This document shows positions 54,130 through 56,966 of a stretch of 56,966 bases of DNA, one piece after another (within the stretch, counting starts at the first letter, position 1; every line of letters begins with the position of its first letter). The position numbers and the translations under genes are program-made. Origin of the DNA: Gemmatimonadales bacterium (GTDB lineage Bacteria; Gemmatimonadota; Gemmatimonadetes; Gemmatimonadales; GWC2-71-9). A model generated the notes under the pieces. The model saw only the letters and a program-made list of their open reading frames with translations. It had not been told where the DNA came from and did no database searches. Location: contig JBFJCP010000028.1 of the NCBI GenBank assembly GCA_041615815.1, positions 1-56,966 of the forward strand, in the 5' to 3' direction.

Positions 54130-55101
54130 TCACTCGGACGTGACACCCCTCCGAGCCAATTCCGCTTCGGCGGCGATGTACCCAAACGCCGCCCACTCCG
54201 ACCCCGCGACGATCGTCCGGAAGATCTGCATGCCCTCGTCCGCCCGTTCGGTCATGAGCAAATGGCTGCCGACGCCGTAGGCCAACGTAGCATTCTGCAA
54301 GGCGTCCGCTCCTTCTGTGCTTCCCAGGATGGCTTCCGGCTGGAGTTGGCCCTTGAACAACAGGAGCAGGCGGTGATAGGCATCATTTTCGATGATGTCC
54401 ATCTCCGCAGTGATGGGCTCGAGCACGGTCCGGGCTTCGGCTTCTCTCCCCAACCGACGGAGTGTCATGGTGAGCCAATACGAAGTGGCCACCAGCATGT
54501 CGGGATTCGTCGACACCTCCAAGCATTCGCGATACGCCTCGAGGGCCCCGTCAAAATCCCCGCGGAGATACCGCGCCAGGCCCAGATGGTACCAGATGTT
54601 GGACTGCAGCGTGCTCGTGGGAATGTTGCGCGCGTTGGGCAGTCCGTCCGGTTCCACCTCATCCGGCATACCGGAGACGAGGCTCGCGGCGTGCGTCAGA
54701 TCATGCTCTGCACGGTCGAGGAGCCGAAGCGTGATGTACCGGTGCCCACGGTGACGATACAGACGAGGATCGGCAGGGTGCGTTCCGAGCGCCTGGGTAT
54801 AGATCTCGACCGCCTGTCGATACTCCCCGAGATAGGCGGTGCGACGCCCGACCCAGATGATGGCATCGGCGCTCGCGGGATCCGCCTCCAATGCTGCGCG
54901 GGCCTCGGCGAGCTTGGCTTCCCGATCCTCTTGCAGCTCCGTCGAAAGCCGAGGCGTCTGGAGGGTGTCGCCGAGGAGGGAGATCGCCTGGACACCCGAC
55001 GGGAGGTCCGGGAGTCCTGCGGTGGGTGTCCCGTCTCCCCCACGGCCACACGCGGTCGCTACGCTCACCAGCACCACCCCGATCCATCGTGTGCCGGTCA
55101 T
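54130..55101 (-). CDS. TPR-repeat lipoprotein
   Basis: Lipobox-like VATAC; TPR motifs IWVGRRTAYLG, LYRHRGHRYI, IWYHLGLA.YL.G; C-terminal W.AFGYIAAE. Confidence 0.8.
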   Translation of the reverse strand: MTGTRWIGVVLVSVATACGRGGDGTPTAGLPDLPSGVQAISLLGDTLQTPRLSTELQEDREAKLAEARAALEADPASADAIIWVGRRTAYLGEYRQAVEIYTQALGTHPADPRLYRHRGHRYITLRLLDRAEHDLTHAASLVSGMPDEVEPDGLPNARNIPTSTLQSNIWYHLGLARYLRGDFDGALEAYRECLEVSTNPDMLVATSYWLTMTLRRLGREAEARTVLEPITAEMDIIENDAYHRLLLLFKGQLQPEAILGSTEGADALQNATLAYGVGSHLLMTERADEGMQIFRTIVAGSEWAAFGYIAAEAELARRGVTSE

Positions 55102-55943
55102 GGACAGATCTCCGCAGGCGTAACATAGACCCGATCGCCGTTGGCATAGGTTTGACCGTTTTGATAATCCAGTCGGAATTGCTCGGTGCGGCCGTCGTTG
55201 AATCGTAACTCGATGCCCGCGACCTGCCCCTGCGTGATGATGCGCCAGCGTCCCGTGTTTGCGGCGTTTTCCCCGGAGTACCCCGATGCACCCGGAACAT
55301 CGACCGAGACGAGATCTTGACCCTTATGGAGAAACTCGCCGCTACTACAAAGGAAAACGTCGACGCGTGTCGAATACCCACCGGCGCTGCCACTCGAGTA
55401 ACTATCCATATAGGTGACTTTCTTCCCGCTCAGGAAACCAACCCACTCGTTCCCCAACGCCGTGCCGTCGCTGAGGCCGTCACCGGCACCCCCGGGATCG
55501 GCTGGACGCACCATGGGATTCGTGGGTTGGGCCATGGGATTGGCGGGCTGAGCCGCCGCGCCCGCCCTCGCGGATGCTCCCGCTCCCGCCGGCGAGAATT
55601 CCAGCTCCTGCGCGGCATCGTAATTCGGGTTCCCCTGTTGGTCCGCCGGCACCAACACGAGGTACAGGACCCCATCATCGAACTCTGCCTCGAAATACAT
55701 CGCCTCGCCCTGAGCGCTCACGATCCCCACAATGGCCTCGTCCTCGGGAGACCCGGAGATTTGGGCCTGCATGGCGTCGGTGGCGATGCTTCCGGTGACC
55801 TGCCCCTGAGCATCCTGAGCGAGCACCAGGGTCACCGTCTTGCCCGCCGCGTTCACGGCCGTGTAGGTACCAGCGTATTGCTGAGCGTGCAGGGCGCCCG
55901 CCCAGAAGAGCAGCAGGCACGTCGCAGCCAGTTGACGGTGCAT
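55098..55943 (-). CDS. Hypothetical secreted protein
   Basis: Signal peptide ending LHA-QQ; two beta-rich domains joined by an Ala/Pro linker with a QP(A/T)NPM duplication; ATGA coupling to the TPR gene. Confidence 0.75.
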   Translation of the reverse strand: MHRQLAATCLLLFWAGALHAQQYAGTYTAVNAAGKTVTLVLAQDAQGQVTGSIATDAMQAQISGSPEDEAIVGIVSAQGEAMYFEAEFDDGVLYLVLVPADQQGNPNYDAAQELEFSPAGAGASARAGAAAQPANPMAQPTNPMVRPADPGGAGDGLSDGTALGNEWVGFLSGKKVTYMDSYSSGSAGGYSTRVDVFLCSSGEFLHKGQDLVSVDVPGASGYSGENAANTGRWRIITQGQVAGIELRFNDGRTEQFRLDYQNGQTYANGDRVYVTPAEICP

Positions 55944-56105
55944 GGGTGGATCCTTCCGCGAGTGAGATGGCCGCTTTCGGACGTTCCGCCTTCCCGATCC
56001 CGATCCTAGGTTAGACGGACGAGTGCCCGAGCGTCAATGGCGGAACCGCTGGCGCCGCCACATCAGTCCGGAGAAATGGGCACACCTACGAGGAGGATGA
56101 ACCGG

Positions 56106-56966
56106 ATGACCAAAGACCTGCGGGCCGCCGTCATCGGGGTCGGTTTCATCGGCCGAGTCCACGTGGAGTCCCTGCGCCGCATTGGCGTCGAGGTCACGGC
56201 GGTGGCCGCATCCACCATGGATCGAGCCCAGGACCACGCGGGGACCCATCAGGTGCCCAGGGCATACGGCGACTATCGAGCGCTGCTCGAGAGGGAGACG
56301 ATCGACGCGGTACACATCTGTACCCCGCCGGCGCTGCATGCCGCGATGGCGCGGGATGCTCTGGACGCGGGCCTCCACGTGGTCTGCGAGAAGCCCCTCA
56401 CGGTCGATCCCGACGAATCGGCGCTGTTGGCCGCCCAGGCCGAGCGCCTGGGACGCATCGCGGCGGTGAATTACAACATTCGATATTATGCCGCGGCGCA
56501 GCGAGCTCGACAGTTGGTACAGGAGGGCGCGCTCGGGACTATTCATTTGGTGCACGGGGCCTACCTCCAGGACTTCCACGTACCCGAGACCCCGTGGGGC
56601 TGGCGTTTCGAGCCCTCCTTTGGAGGCCCGATGCGCGCCATCACCGAAATCGGTTCACACTGGCTCGATCTGATGCGCTTCGTGACCGGACGCGAGGTGC
56701 TTTCCGTTGTGTCGGACACCCGAACCTGCTACCCCACACGGCGCCGGCCCGACGATGAGACGGTCAACGTCATTTCCGAGGATTACGCCGGCGCGCTGTT
56801 CGCCCTCGAAGAGGGCGCCGCAGGGACGCTGACCGTCTCGGAGGTGAGCCCCGGTCGGAAGAACCAGTTGAGGATCGAAATCGTGGGAACCGACGGAACG
56901 CTCGCGTGGGATTCGGAGCACGTCCAGCATCTCTGGGTCGGGCGAAAGGACGAGCCCAATCAAAGC
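56106..56966 (+). CDS. Gfo/Idh/MocA-family oxidoreductase (partial, runs off the window end)
   Basis: GAGGAGG SD; MTKDLRAAVIGVGFIGRVH, VHICTP...H, HVVCEKP, VNYNIRYY, EIGSHWLDL. Absent from the supplied ORF track because it has no stop codon in the window. Confidence 0.88.
   Translation, partial: MTKDLRAAVIGVGFIGRVHVESLRRIGVEVTAVAASTMDRAQDHAGTHQVPRAYGDYRALLERETIDAVHICTPPALHAAMARDALDAGLHVVCEKPLTVDPDESALLAAQAERLGRIAAVNYNIRYYAAAQRARQLVQEGALGTIHLVHGAYLQDFHVPETPWGWRFEPSFGGPMRAITEIGSHWLDLMRFVTGREVLSVVSDTRTCYPTRRRPDDETVNVISEDYAGALFALEEGAAGTLTVSEVSPGRKNQLRIEIVGTDGTLAWDSEHVQHLWVGRKDEPNQS

Overview
High-GC bacterial chromosomal segment of about 43 genes. It is probably from Gemmatimonadota; this is an inference from two Hanks-type Ser/Thr kinases fused to TolB-like and TPR regions and from multiple VPS10/BNR beta-propeller proteins. 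I saw no rRNA, tRNA, CRISPR array, transposase or integrase. Contents in order: Ser/Thr kinase, orphan receiver protein, Zn-ribbon membrane protein, ATP-grasp ligase and NfuA; three ~1050-aa secreted VPS10/BNR paralogues; egtD-egtB (ergothioneine), divergent from the NAGGN osmolyte operon (asnO, ngg, M42 peptidase); small redox/stress genes (CAP, MOSC, msrB, EVE, dodecin, AhpD-like); a tightly coupled 7-gene operon (gabT, C-N hydrolase, large PLP decarboxylase, orphan ATP-grasp ligase, C45 Ntn-hydrolase, APC permease, SSADH); proC; a four-gene cluster of acyl-AMP ligase, ACP, GNAT and HemN-like radical SAM enzyme; a lipoprotein plus an alpha/beta-hydrolase whose nucleophile Ser appears replaced by Ala; a membrane protein plus vWA lipoprotein; a decayed dienelactone hydrolase; a second kinase; cls; a TPR lipoprotein; a secreted hypothetical protein; and a truncated Gfo/Idh/MocA gene. 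The best candidates for undescribed systems are the GABA-type operon with a ligase/hydrolase pair and the ketosynthase-free acyl-ACP/radical SAM cluster. All family assignments come from motif recognition by eye; no database search was run.
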